Shown in pieces: positions 13,234 through 23,130 of a stretch of 64,000 nt of DNA. Each line of letters starts with the position of its first letter. Within the stretch, counting starts at the first letter, position 1. The notes under the pieces are model-generated. The model was not told the origin of the DNA. It searched no databases and was given only the letters and a program-made list of their open reading frames with translations. Source of the stretch: Somniosus microcephalus (Eukaryota); NCBI GenBank assembly GCA_052327205.1, contig CM126213.1:120156001-120220000 (forward strand), given 5' to 3'. The position numbers and the translations under genes are program-made.

Positions 13234-13538
13234 GTCCGCCCTTGAATACTTCCAGCTTGCTTGTAGTATCCTCTTGAAGAAATGAGCAATAATTTCTGAC
13301 CCCTCACAAACAACCATCCCCTGTATTTACCTAATAGCTATCTGCCACTGATCCCCGTCCCGTCTATTCCCCTTAAATCAAGAAAAAAACCATGGTACGG
13401 TAGGCATCTTACAGATACTTCAGTTTTCAATAAGGGGTCTCGCTTGTAAAATTATACAATGTAAACCAAATTTACAATCACTTTTTTTTACATCATAACT
13501 TATTACAAAATGTTGCAATCTTAGTTACACAATGTAAT

Positions 13539-13654
13539 CAAAATGATCCCAAGCACGGAGAGGGTCCTATGCCTCTGCTCAACTTGGAGTTGTCACAAAA
13601 TGGTCCCAAGCACGGAGAGGATCCTACGCCTCTGCTCAACTTGGGGCTGCAACA
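13539..13654. repeat. Two tandem ~57-bp stem-loop units in the 3' UTR of element 4
   Basis: CCAAGCACGGAGAGG..CCTCTGCTCAACTTGG occurs twice. Confidence 0.85.
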
Positions 13655-15918
13655 CAAAATACAAAAAAATCATTAAACATTTGAGACAACATGCTTAAAT
13701 AAACCCCAATCATCACGTGCCGATGATGGGTCGCGAAATTCGAGTGGGTATTGCTCCTCCCACTGGGGCAGTAAATGTACCTTCCACCCCCCTTTGATTG
13801 TCTTAAACTTTAAAACAGGCAGAATGGATTTACAGACCAGCCTGCTCCGCCAGCCCCAAGCCATTCCCTTGTCCTTTTGTGGAGGCGGGGTACCCCTCAC
13901 GTTTAAAATATACCTTAGCACAGACCGAGACCGGGGAGCATGGGGTCACAACTCCCAGTCCCTCCCCCTCCCGTCTTCCCTCGACTGGCTGCAGAAAATG
14001 ATGGGTGCCTGTGTGGCGGCTTTCCCTGGCCCCACACAAACCCGGCCACCCACTCATCCTTCCCAGCCACACTTACCCTCTTTGCCCGTGGGCCCCCGGG
14101 TGAGTTCCTCCCTTCCCCGACCGCACCCACGCGACTCTTGGGCCTCCCCCTCCCCTATACAATCTTTCCCGGGCCATCACCACCCACTCCCGGGGAATGC
14201 GTCCCTATGACCAGGCGCCCGCGCTTCCCCATCATGACTCCTCAACAGCGAGGTCTCCCGCAAGTGAACTTCGGTCAGGATGGTGCTGGGTTGGGGGCCG
14301 TGCCCCACCCAGCTGGGGCCCATCTCCTCCCCGTAGGAGGAGTAGGCAAGTTCCTCCGGACCCTGTCCGGTTTTTCCCAAAAATCGCTGCGGGGTCTCCT
14401 GGATTCGTCCAGTGGCGAGGTGATCCCCAATATTCCGTATCCGTATCGTCATTCGATGCCCAGCTCGGGCTGGGCGAACATGGCTGCTTCATTTTCCAAT
14501 CTCCTGCAAAAACTTAAAAGGACATGCAGCCAGGTCTCACTGACCTGCTGCCTTAGGTGGAGACATGGTCGGGTCCCTCGACCTCGGACCAAAAATACAA
14601 ACATTTGGCACACATGTAAACTTAAACTCTTTGCACTTAAACTTAAAACAGTTATGTCAACAAAACTTAAAATACACCTTAAAAACATGCTATTTTCACA
14701 CCAAAGCTATAATACAAATGCCGCCCGTCTCCGGACGGCCAGGCTTATCTCTGGCACTGTCGCAGATTGCTGCTGGCTGCAGCGAAGCTGGACTGCCTCC
14801 TGTCTCTGGTCCCCCGCAGCTTATGGCTGTTGAGTGGGGACCCCTGTTCTTTGGCTTCTCTCTGGTTCGGGAGACCGCCTTACTCCCCTGTAAAGTGGGT
14901 GACCATGCTTTCTTAGGCTGGGGCACCCGCTGAGACCTGAGGGGTGTCTCTATGGGGGAAACTTTGGCTGGCAGACCCTGAGCTGGGGTCACAGCCCCAG
15001 CTGGCTGGGAACCTTCTCCCCCATGTCCAAATAGCCCGCACTGTATAATGTACCTGGCAGCCTGCCGGTGCAAATCTCTCTCTGGGTTTGTCTGCTCTTC
15101 CCTGCCCACTCCTGTGCTGGGAGCAGGTATACTCTCACCACCCGCTGCTGGTGGCTGGAAATTTTCCTCCCCATGTTTAAAACCTGGTGTCAGCTCCCTC
15201 CCTATGTCTCCTGCAAGAGGGATTGCTATCCCTGCCCCCCCAGGGTCCCACATCATGGGGGGGACCACTCTAGAAGCGGGCTGGGAAGCTGGTCCCTTTA
15301 AACAGGCCACAGTGCCTGTCTTTACAGGCGGTGAACTTGAACTTGCATGGACAGCAAACTCATGTTCCCTCACCCAGGTGGCTTTAACTGGGGAATTTTG
15401 GACCTGCCTTTCGTCTGGGGCCAAAACTATCCCGTGTGCCTCCCTTGTCCCGGATTTCTGCTACTGGACCTGCTCTACAGGGGTCCCAGAACTCTCCTTC
15501 CCTGTTCCCTGGCTTAAACAGCTTACTCTGAACATGAATGGCTCCTCCCCCCACACAAGCCACAGAGCTTGCCTGTGAACTTGTGCCTGCTGTGGGCTGA
15601 GGATTCCTATTCTCAGGTTCACTCCTCACGGGCGGACCGTACCTCCGTTGTTGGAGGGGGTACACTGGTCCTGGTCCCCGCCTGCCTAGCGGGACCTGCT
15701 GGTGTTCTCCTACCACCCCATTGTCCACCCCTCCTCGCTGCCAGAGCTCCTCAAGACTCGGAGCTGTGGGCTGCGGTCTTAGTGTCTCTAATTCCCTATC
15801 CAGCACCGTTCTGGGTGCTGCCTGTGGGATGGTTCTACTTCGGCTGCCAGTAAAGTCCAGCTGAACTGCCTTTGGGCTGATCAGACAAATCATCCCCTTT
15901 GATGCCTTTAAAGCCATG

Positions 15919-16684
15919 TGTTCTGCCCTCGCAACGCGCTTCTATGCAGAGCTAGACAGATAGCGAACAACTCGATATCTTCCAATAAAATCACAAGGCT
16001 TGACTTTTCTTGTAACGCTTTACTGAACGATTCTAATTGGAAGATATCGAGTTGTTCGCTATCTGTCTAGCTCTGCATAGAAGCGCGTTGCGAGGGCAGA
16101 ACAGTAAAAAGACAAACAATTTCCAAGACTCAAGCATGGGGACAATACAACTGCCCAGAGCCTGCGCTGCTGTAGGAGCACCGTGGTGTAGGTCTGTGTC
16201 CCAGCGAGGGCTCCACGAGGACTACGTAGCAGTCCTGTGGGGAGCGTGATGACCTCATCACGCTCGGTAGCGTTGTCCGCGCTTGGGGCGTCACGTGATG
16301 CGCGTGGTCGCGTTTCTGGCCGTGGAGGCCGAAGTCGGGAGCGGGAGCTGGAGGCCAGGCTGAGCCGATGCTTGCCGCGGGAGCGGAAGATCGCGTCGCT
16401 CCCGGCGGCTGGTAGATGCGGCCAAAGACGCTAGGCCGGGCTGTGCCGGCAGCCTTTCTGGAAGGCCGAGTCGGGCCGGCAGCCGCCTCACGCACGTCAC
16501 ACGTGCCGTGACGTCAGCACGCTACGTTGTACGTGACGCGACGTCAGCACGCTAAGGCGCGTCTTAAAGGGGCAATGGCCCTAAAAGGTAAGTTAAAGGG
16601 GCAACGGCCCCAACAGGTAGGTTATACATATATAAGTAAGTTAAATACATACAGTGAGGTTAAGTTAGAGGGAGAGGCAGCACA
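15919..16684 (-). repeat. 3' LTR of element 5, containing a 68-bp perfect inverted repeat (15919-15986 / 16036-16103)
   Basis: Direct repeat of 19078-19843; arms read as exact reverse complements. Confidence 0.95.
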
Positions 16685-16778
16685 CTCCCCGCTTGGTACA
16701 ATTCCATTGTACCACTACAGATACAAAATAAACCTGAAGAAAACGTCCTTTGGCTGCAACATACTCAGAGTTCGTTCT

Positions 16779-19022
16779 CTAGGTTACTTCAGAAAGGAGG
16801 ATCTCTGAGACTGGCCTCAGAAACACGTTGATAGGCCCCTCCTTGACAATCTTCACCTCCACCTTGCGGACCCTCTTGTCCCTGGTCGGCAGAGTTTTGA
16901 CAACCAGGCCCACTGGCCATTCATTTCTGCGTGCTTGGCTGTCTTTCAGCAAGACAACGTCTCTCACTTTGACGTTTGGCTTGTCTTCTGTCCATTTCCT
17001 ACGGCTCTGTAGGGTGGACAAATACTCTCCTCTTTGCTTGGGGAATGTCTGTCCCTCTTCAAGACATTTGAATTCCTCCTTGAAGACATCATGCTGGACA
17101 GAGCGAATGATCACACCTTTGGCTTGTGATGGCTCACTTGTGCTGGATACTTCTTTAGAACATTTCCATCCTTTGCGTTCTATGTTGTCCGAATTCCCCT
17201 TGAAGGATGCTGCTACATGAATGAGTCGGGCTGTGGTTCGGCAGAGTGTTCTCCAGCTTGAGAATCGCTCGAAGCTTTGTGAGCCCAACTGAGATTCTGA
17301 GGCTTTGGTGACCAGGGTCGTAACTTCAGGCCGAATCTCGGTATCAGCTTCAGGCTCCACAAGGGTGAAGGGATTGGACTCAGGAGTCTCCTCTGTGTTG
17401 ACATTAGACAGGAAAGAGGGGCCCGAGAACCAACTGCTTTGCTGTAGGTGTGCTGCTGGTATAGACCTGGTAGCATGGTCTGCAGGGTTCAGGTCCGTGG
17501 GGACATAGCACCACTGGTCAGGGTGAGTGGATCGTCTGATACGAGTCACCCAGTTGGAAACATACACGTAAAACCTTCTTGTGGAGTTGTGGATGTAACC
17601 AAGTACAATCTTGCTGTCCGTGAAGAACTTGACGGCGCCCACATCGATGTCAATCTTGTCTCTGATCAACTGTAGGTTCCATTTTGCTTCTTTTTCAGGG
17701 AGGAGTGGAGCATCCCACTCACTCTGATCCGATGAGAGTTCCCGTACAAATGCTTTTCCTTGCATTGTTATGGGAGCTACGAACCCCAAAGGGTCGTACA
17801 AACTGTTGACTGTGGACAGGATGTCTCTCCGTGTGAATGGCCTTTCTTCACGGGACACCAGGAATGTGACGCTGTCTGTTTCCAGGTTCCAGGAGAGCCC
17901 CAGGCTCCGTTGAAGGGGGGGAGGATCCACTCCAAGGTGCAAATCCTTCAGATCCTTGGCACGGTCCTCTGCAGGGAAGGCTTCCATCACCTGTCCACTG
18001 TTCGATGCTACCTTGTGTAGTCTCAGGTTGGGCTCTTTCCATGACCAACAACTTTCAGGACGGCCATCTAACTCCAGAAGGCCCGAACTCAACAACTCTC
18101 GGCGGATAAGGCACCCAGCGAGGTCCTGTGTACCCTGTGGCTCGGGTGAGGACTGCTTGGCTGGATTGGCCGAGTGCTGTGGAGGTCTCTGTAGGTAAGT
18201 CTTGCTTGTTTCTTCTCCTTTAAGCTCAGTGTCTCCAAAAACAGGCTGTTTGCTACTGTGTTGAGTAGCTGGTTCTGCGTTGAGATAGTTGGATGTTTCC
18301 TTGGAGAACAATTTGGAGTGTTGTTGGACACACTCACTTGTACGTTGCACTGGACTGAGGGGCTGTCCCAGAACATATGTTTCCTGGCTGGGCTCCCCGC
18401 CTTCGTTCTCCTCACCTTCTTCATAAGCTGCGGCTTTAGCTTTAGCGGCAGCGGCAGCTCTCTGGCTTTGGAGAATGTGGAGACTGGCAGCGAGGTCAGC
18501 TCTCTGCTTCATAACCCTAGCTTCTTTTTCAGCAAGGGCCAATTGAGCCTGGGCAGCTTTTGCCTTGGCACGTGCTTTGGCGGCTGCAGAAGCTGTCGAT
18601 GACGACGGTCTGCTGGACTGCCGAGATGATCTAGTGGATACTTTAGAGGACTGTGCTGTCTGCTTCATCACACTAGCGTCGAGGTCAGCTCTCTGCTTCA
18701 TCACACTAGCGTCGAGGTCGGCTCTCTGCTTCATAAGGTCAGCTTTCTGCTTCATCATACTAGCTTCGAGGTCGGCTCTCTGCTTCATAAGGTCAGCTTC
18801 TTTTTCAGCGAAGGACAATTGAGCCTGGGCAGCTTTTGCCTTGGCACGTGCTTTGGCGGCTGCAGAAGCTGTCGATGACGACGGTCTGCTGGACCGCCGA
18901 GATGACCTAGGGGATACTTTAGAGGGCTGTGACTTGGCATCGTTTGCTAGGAGAGGCTCATGCTTCTCGCTTGACTGGTCGACGTCCTCTAGGGTATATT
19001 GTTTTCCTGAGCGTAGACTCAT
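16779..19022 (-). CDS. 747-aa fused BEL gag / RT C-terminus / RNase H part / integrase C-terminus ORF, lacking catalytic cores
   Basis: ATG start; AAAKARAKAKAA gag repeats; NLRLHKVASN, SLYDPLGF, FTDSKIVLGYI, NPADHATR, EYLSTLQSRRKW, RNEWPVG; no YVDD, protease or integrase core. Confidence 0.8.
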   Translation of the reverse strand: MSLRSGKQYTLEDVDQSSEKHEPLLANDAKSQPSKVSPRSSRRSSRPSSSTASAAAKARAKAKAAQAQLSFAEKEADLMKQRADLEASMMKQKADLMKQRADLDASVMKQRADLDASVMKQTAQSSKVSTRSSRQSSRPSSSTASAAAKARAKAKAAQAQLALAEKEARVMKQRADLAASLHILQSQRAAAAAKAKAAAYEEGEENEGGEPSQETYVLGQPLSPVQRTSECVQQHSKLFSKETSNYLNAEPATQHSSKQPVFGDTELKGEETSKTYLQRPPQHSANPAKQSSPEPQGTQDLAGCLIRRELLSSGLLELDGRPESCWSWKEPNLRLHKVASNSGQVMEAFPAEDRAKDLKDLHLGVDPPPLQRSLGLSWNLETDSVTFLVSREERPFTRRDILSTVNSLYDPLGFVAPITMQGKAFVRELSSDQSEWDAPLLPEKEAKWNLQLIRDKIDIDVGAVKFFTDSKIVLGYIHNSTRRFYVYVSNWVTRIRRSTHPDQWCYVPTDLNPADHATRSIPAAHLQQSSWFSGPSFLSNVNTEETPESNPFTLVEPEADTEIRPEVTTLVTKASESQLGSQSFERFSSWRTLCRTTARLIHVAASFKGNSDNIERKGWKCSKEVSSTSEPSQAKGVIIRSVQHDVFKEEFKCLEEGQTFPKQRGEYLSTLQSRRKWTEDKPNVKVRDVVLLKDSQARRNEWPVGLVVKTLPTRDKRVRKVEVKIVKEGPINVFLRPVSEILLSEVT

Positions 19023-19077
19023 GGTAGCTGAGTGGTATCTTCCTGCGCTTGAGCCCGCTGTGCTGTTGTCTTTTTAC

Positions 19078-19843
19078 TGTTCTGCCCTCGCAACGTGCTT
19101 CTATGCAGAGCTAGACAGATAGCGAACAACTCGATATCTTCCAATAAAATCACAAGGCTTGACTTTTCTTGTAACGCTTTACTGAACGATTCTAATTGGA
19201 AGATATCGAGTTGTTCGCTATCTGTCTAGCTCTGCATAGAAGCGCGTTGCGAGGGCAGAACAGTAAAAAGACAAACAATTTCCAAGACTCAAGCATGGGG
19301 ACAATACAACTGCCCAGAGCCTGCGCTGCTGTAGGAGCACCGTGGTGTAGGTCTGTGTCCCAGCGAGGGCTCCACGAGGACTACGTAGCAGTCCTGTGGG
19401 GAGCGTGATGACCTCATCACGCTCGGTAGCGTTGTCCGCGCTTGGGGCGTCACGTGATGCGCGTGGTCGCGTTTCTGGCCGTGGAGGCCGAAGTCGGGAG
19501 CGGGAGCTGGAGGCCAGGCTGAGCCGATGCTTGCCGCGGGAGCGGAAGATCGCGTCGCTCCCGGCGGCTGGTAGATGCGGCCAAAGACGCTAGGCCGGGC
19601 TGTGCCGGCAGCCTTTCTGGAAGGCCGAGTCGGGCCGGCAGCCGCCTCACGCACGTCACACGTGCCGTGACGTCAGCACGCTACGTTGTACGTGACGCGA
19701 CGTCAGCACGCTAAGGCGCGTCTTAAAGGGGCAATGGCCCTAAAAGGTAAGTTAAAGGGGCAACGGCCCCAACAGGTAGGTTATACATATATAAGTAAGT
19801 TAAATACATACAGTGAGGTTAAGTTAGAGGGAGAGGCAGCACA
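19078..19843 (-). repeat. 5' LTR of element 5
   Basis: Direct repeat of 15919-16684. Confidence 0.95.
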
Positions 19844-20514
19844 CCATGTTAAGGCTTTCTATCTCTGCCCTACAGGGGCCACGATCTGCTTCCTCAAACC
19901 TTAGGCCGCAGGCCAGCTTATAAGCTGCCTTTACTTCCCTAAACTTCTCCTCCTGCTCTGTCCCTTCTGAGGTGAGGCGGGCATTCTCTTCCCATAGTCT
20001 CATCTCGCTCCTCTTTACTCCTATAATTTGGTACTTTAGGAATTCTATCTCGTTCCTTGCATGGCTTTTTCCCTCGCTAGCTTCTTGGGTGAGGTGTGCG
20101 ATTTCCTCCCGTAGCCTCATCTCACAGTCCCTTGCCTCTGTGACTTCCTGCACAAGGCGCTCTATAAATGCCTGGCATTTTGTGACCTCTAGTGTGAGGC
20201 ATGCATTCTCTTCCCGCACCCTCATTCCACTAGCTCTGGCCTCATACACCTCTCTGAGGCGTTCTACCTCCGCCTGGCATTTTTCAAGCTGGGACTCCCG
20301 ATTCTTGGCATCTTTAACCTCCTCCTGCACCCTCTTCTCACCCTCCTTAACCCAGCCACCTATACCATGATAGGCCAGCCTACACGCTGCTGCTAACATC
20401 CGCAGGGCTACCCACATACTGAAAACAACGAGAGAAACTATAGCTGATGCTTTCTTCAGATCCAGACCACTTATTAAATCAAAAAATGCCTCCACTCCTA
20501 CCTGGCTTGCCATT

Positions 20515-21478
20515 TGTAAGGGGGGCATCTTTTAACTGGTTTATGGTAATTCACCTGGCCAGCAGCCTTTTGCTGCTGCACTCTAAACCAATTTACAAAC
20601 AGCGGTTTCGAATCGCTACCCCTCCTTCAGTTCTGAGTGGAGGAACTTATAATTAATGATATTAAAACGGACAAGTGGTTTGGATGAGAGAAAAATCAAG
20701 TTTTATTACCTAAATAAACTACAATCAAAAGAATAAACTATGCCACACGAACACAGTAATTACAGTAAAACTATATAACAGGGGGTTGCAGATGGCGAAA
20801 ACGAGGGATGAAATGACTACAATGTTATTTAAACAATCTTAGCAATTCCCTTAAATCACCACCCCAAACTCCTGCTAGGTTGCGTTGTTGAGGAGTCAGA
20901 ACACCCTGCTCACCTGTGGTCCAGCGAAGTAAAAAGAGAGAGATAGCTTCTCAGCAGCTATCTTTTATACCTGGTGAGGTCCTGCCGTTCTGCCCTGCAA
21001 GGGCTGTGTGCAAAATTCCCCACCCAAAGGGTCCAATACACAAGAGAAAGCTGTGATTGGCTAACTCAGAGTGGTTGGACTGGGTTAATGTGTCTTCCGA
21101 AGCTCCCTGGGCTGAAACAAAAGGGAAATACAACTGCTCTATTGTCCAGAATGCTAGGTGATTTAGGCCCATTCAGTTCTTAAACGGTTCCCATTCAAGA
21201 TACAAAAGTCTCTTCTGCAGTTTAGTGTATCCACTCGATATACAAACAAATGCTAATAGCATTCGATTGCTTTGTAAACAAAGCATTGTCCTGTGGCAAC
21301 GTTTTGTCTCCATTGAACCTTACTTCCAGACACAGAAAGCGGCCTCCAAGCCCCTTTGTCTTCGGCCATGTGGTGCGACAGCCATTTTTATCCCTGGAAA
21401 TTTAAAAGCACAACGCCCAGGGATTCTTTAATCAAAAAAATTAATCTTCAGAACTGTAAATTATTGTGAATTCTTACA
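20515..21478 (-). repeat. 5' LTR of element 4
   Basis: Direct repeat of 12270-13233, adjacent PBS. Confidence 0.95.
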
Positions 21479-21509
21479 GTTGTATAACTCTAAGACTATC
21501 TATGAGAAC

Positions 21510-22120
21510 TGTGGCTTTATAAACAGAGGTATGGAGTACAAAAGCAAAGACGTTAAACCTTTATAAATCACTGGTTAGGCCCCAGCTGGAGTATTGTGTT
21601 GAATTCTGGGCAGCACACTTTAGGAAGGATGTCCAGGCCTTAAAGAGTGTGCAGGGGAGATTTACTAGAATAGTACCAGGGATGTGGGACATCAGTTATG
21701 TGAAGAGACTAGAGAAGCTGTGATTGTTCTCCTTAGAGTAGAGAAGGTTAAGAGGAGATTTAACAGAGGTGTTCAAAATCATGAAGGGTTTTGAGAGAGT
21801 AAATAAGGAGAAAGTGTTTCCAGTGGCAGAAGGGTCAGTAACCAGAAGACACAGATTTAAGGTAATTAGCAAAAGAACCAGAGGCGAGATGAAGAGAATT
21901 GAGCAAGTAATGATCTGGAATGCACTGCCTGAAAGGGTGGTGGAAGCAGAATCAATAATAACTTTCAAAAGGGAATTGGATAAATACTTGAAGGGGAAAC
22001 ATTTGCATGGCTATGGGGAAAGGGCAGGGGAATGGGACTAATTGGATAGCTCTTTCAAGAGCACAGGCACGATGGGCAGAATGGCCTGCTTCTATGCAGT
22101 ATCATTCTATGATTCTAGAT
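21510..22120 (+). mobile_element. CR1 LINE 3' fragment
   Basis: LVRPQLEYCV and IWNALPERVVEAESIITFKRELD motifs; tail ctatgattcta. Confidence 0.85.
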
Positions 22121-22539
22121 TGTGCTATTGTGATTGCGATGCATTATTACTCCTCATTCTCCTCAAACCCTCTGTGGTTTTTGACAATCAACCAAAGCAT
22201 CCTCCTCCAATCTTTTCCTCCATATTCACTTCTGTGGTACTCTCTTATGGTTCTACAACATTGCCAGGACATCTCCTGCAGTGGCTTTTCTTTGAGTACT
22301 CACATAGTCACTTCTAGTATTCCCCAAGATTCCATGTTTGACTCCTTCCTATTGATCTATATGTGACAATATCTGTCAACTTTCACATTTATGATGACGA
22401 TACCATCTCCACTACCACCCTTAATTCCATGATGGTTGCAGTACTGTTAGACTGCTTGAGCAACCTCAAGTTATAGATGAACCAGAATATTTTTCAGCAG
22501 CTCAACATCAGAAAGACTGAAACTATTTTAGCCCTTCCG

Positions 22540-23130
22540 ACAAGATATTTATGGATAAGGAAGGCTATTTGGTCCATATTAATTCATCCATCCAAAAAGA
22601 TCCTAAAGTCCTCCAAATGCATCATCGGATTGTTGCTTAAAAGACTCCTGGATTTTTGCCTCCAGTACTCTATCTGGAAGTCCATTCCAAGTGTTGATCA
22701 CTCTTAGTGTGAATAAGTACTTTCTGATATTGGCCTCAAATTTACCTTTTGCTAGTTTGAACCTGTGTTCCTTCACTCTACTCTTGCAGTATAATTTAGA
22801 GTAACATTCCACATTTTATCACTTCCATTCCCTTAACTATCTATCTTGTATACCTTTATAAAATCACTTCTATAGATGCCTCCTTTACAAGTGGAAAACC
22901 ACAAGTTTATCAGGTCTTGCTTCATAAATCAGACCACCCAATTTGGGATCAGCTTCATGGCTCTTATCTGTATTGCCTCCGCTGCTTGAGTATATCTCTT
23001 GTTTCTTGCCAACCAGAACTGGACACAGTACTCGAGGTGCAGTCTGACCAGTTGCTGTACTGTTTGATCAATACTTCCTCTGACTTATATTCTACTATTT
23101 TGCCTATGTAGTTAAATATTCTGTTGGCAT
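22540..23130 (-). mobile_element. Old CR1 3' fragment within L2-like debris
   Basis: ORF 22603-22812 LFTLRVINTWNGLPDRVLEA. Confidence 0.65.

Larger units (their letters stand above)
15919..19843 (-). mobile_element. BEL/Pao deletion derivative (element 5), very recent, nested in element 4
   Basis: 766-bp TG..CA LTRs at 15919-16684 and 19078-19843 (one difference noticed); 5-bp TSD CCATG (15914-15918, 19844-19848); PPT CCAAGCGGGGAG. Confidence 0.95.
14696..20528 (-). pseudogene. Gag-like ORF of element 4, interrupted by element 5
   Basis: ORF 19824-20528 joins ORF 15384-15917 in frame at the duplicated CCATG; overlapping ORF 14696-15424 has a degenerate knuckle (QCGLFGH). Confidence 0.6.
12270..21478 (-). 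mobile_element. Non-autonomous (pol-less) ERV- or Gypsy-like LTR element (element 4)
   Basis: 964-bp TG..CA LTRs at 12270-13233 and 20515-21478; 4-bp TSD GTTG; PBS TGGCAAGCCAGGTAGGAG resembling the tRNA-Arg(ACG) 3' complement; TATAAAA and AATAAA on the minus strand of the LTR; no RT/IN motifs of its own. Confidence 0.9.

Noticed and set aside
13940-14833. 297-aa plus-strand ORF in element 4
   Set aside because: Antisense, low-complexity Pro/Gly-rich sequence that crosses a compositional boundary; no domain support
15919-16103. 185-bp unit with 68-bp inverted repeats as an independent MITE
   Set aside because: It has no TSD of its own, forms the LTR terminus in both LTRs, and its first arm resembles the U5 end of BEL element 3
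15919-19843. Near-identical 766-bp duplication as an assembly artefact or DIRS-type split repeat
   Set aside because: Clean CCATG TSD, PPT, TG..CA ends and a BEL ORF show ordinary paired LTRs; no tyrosine recombinase seen
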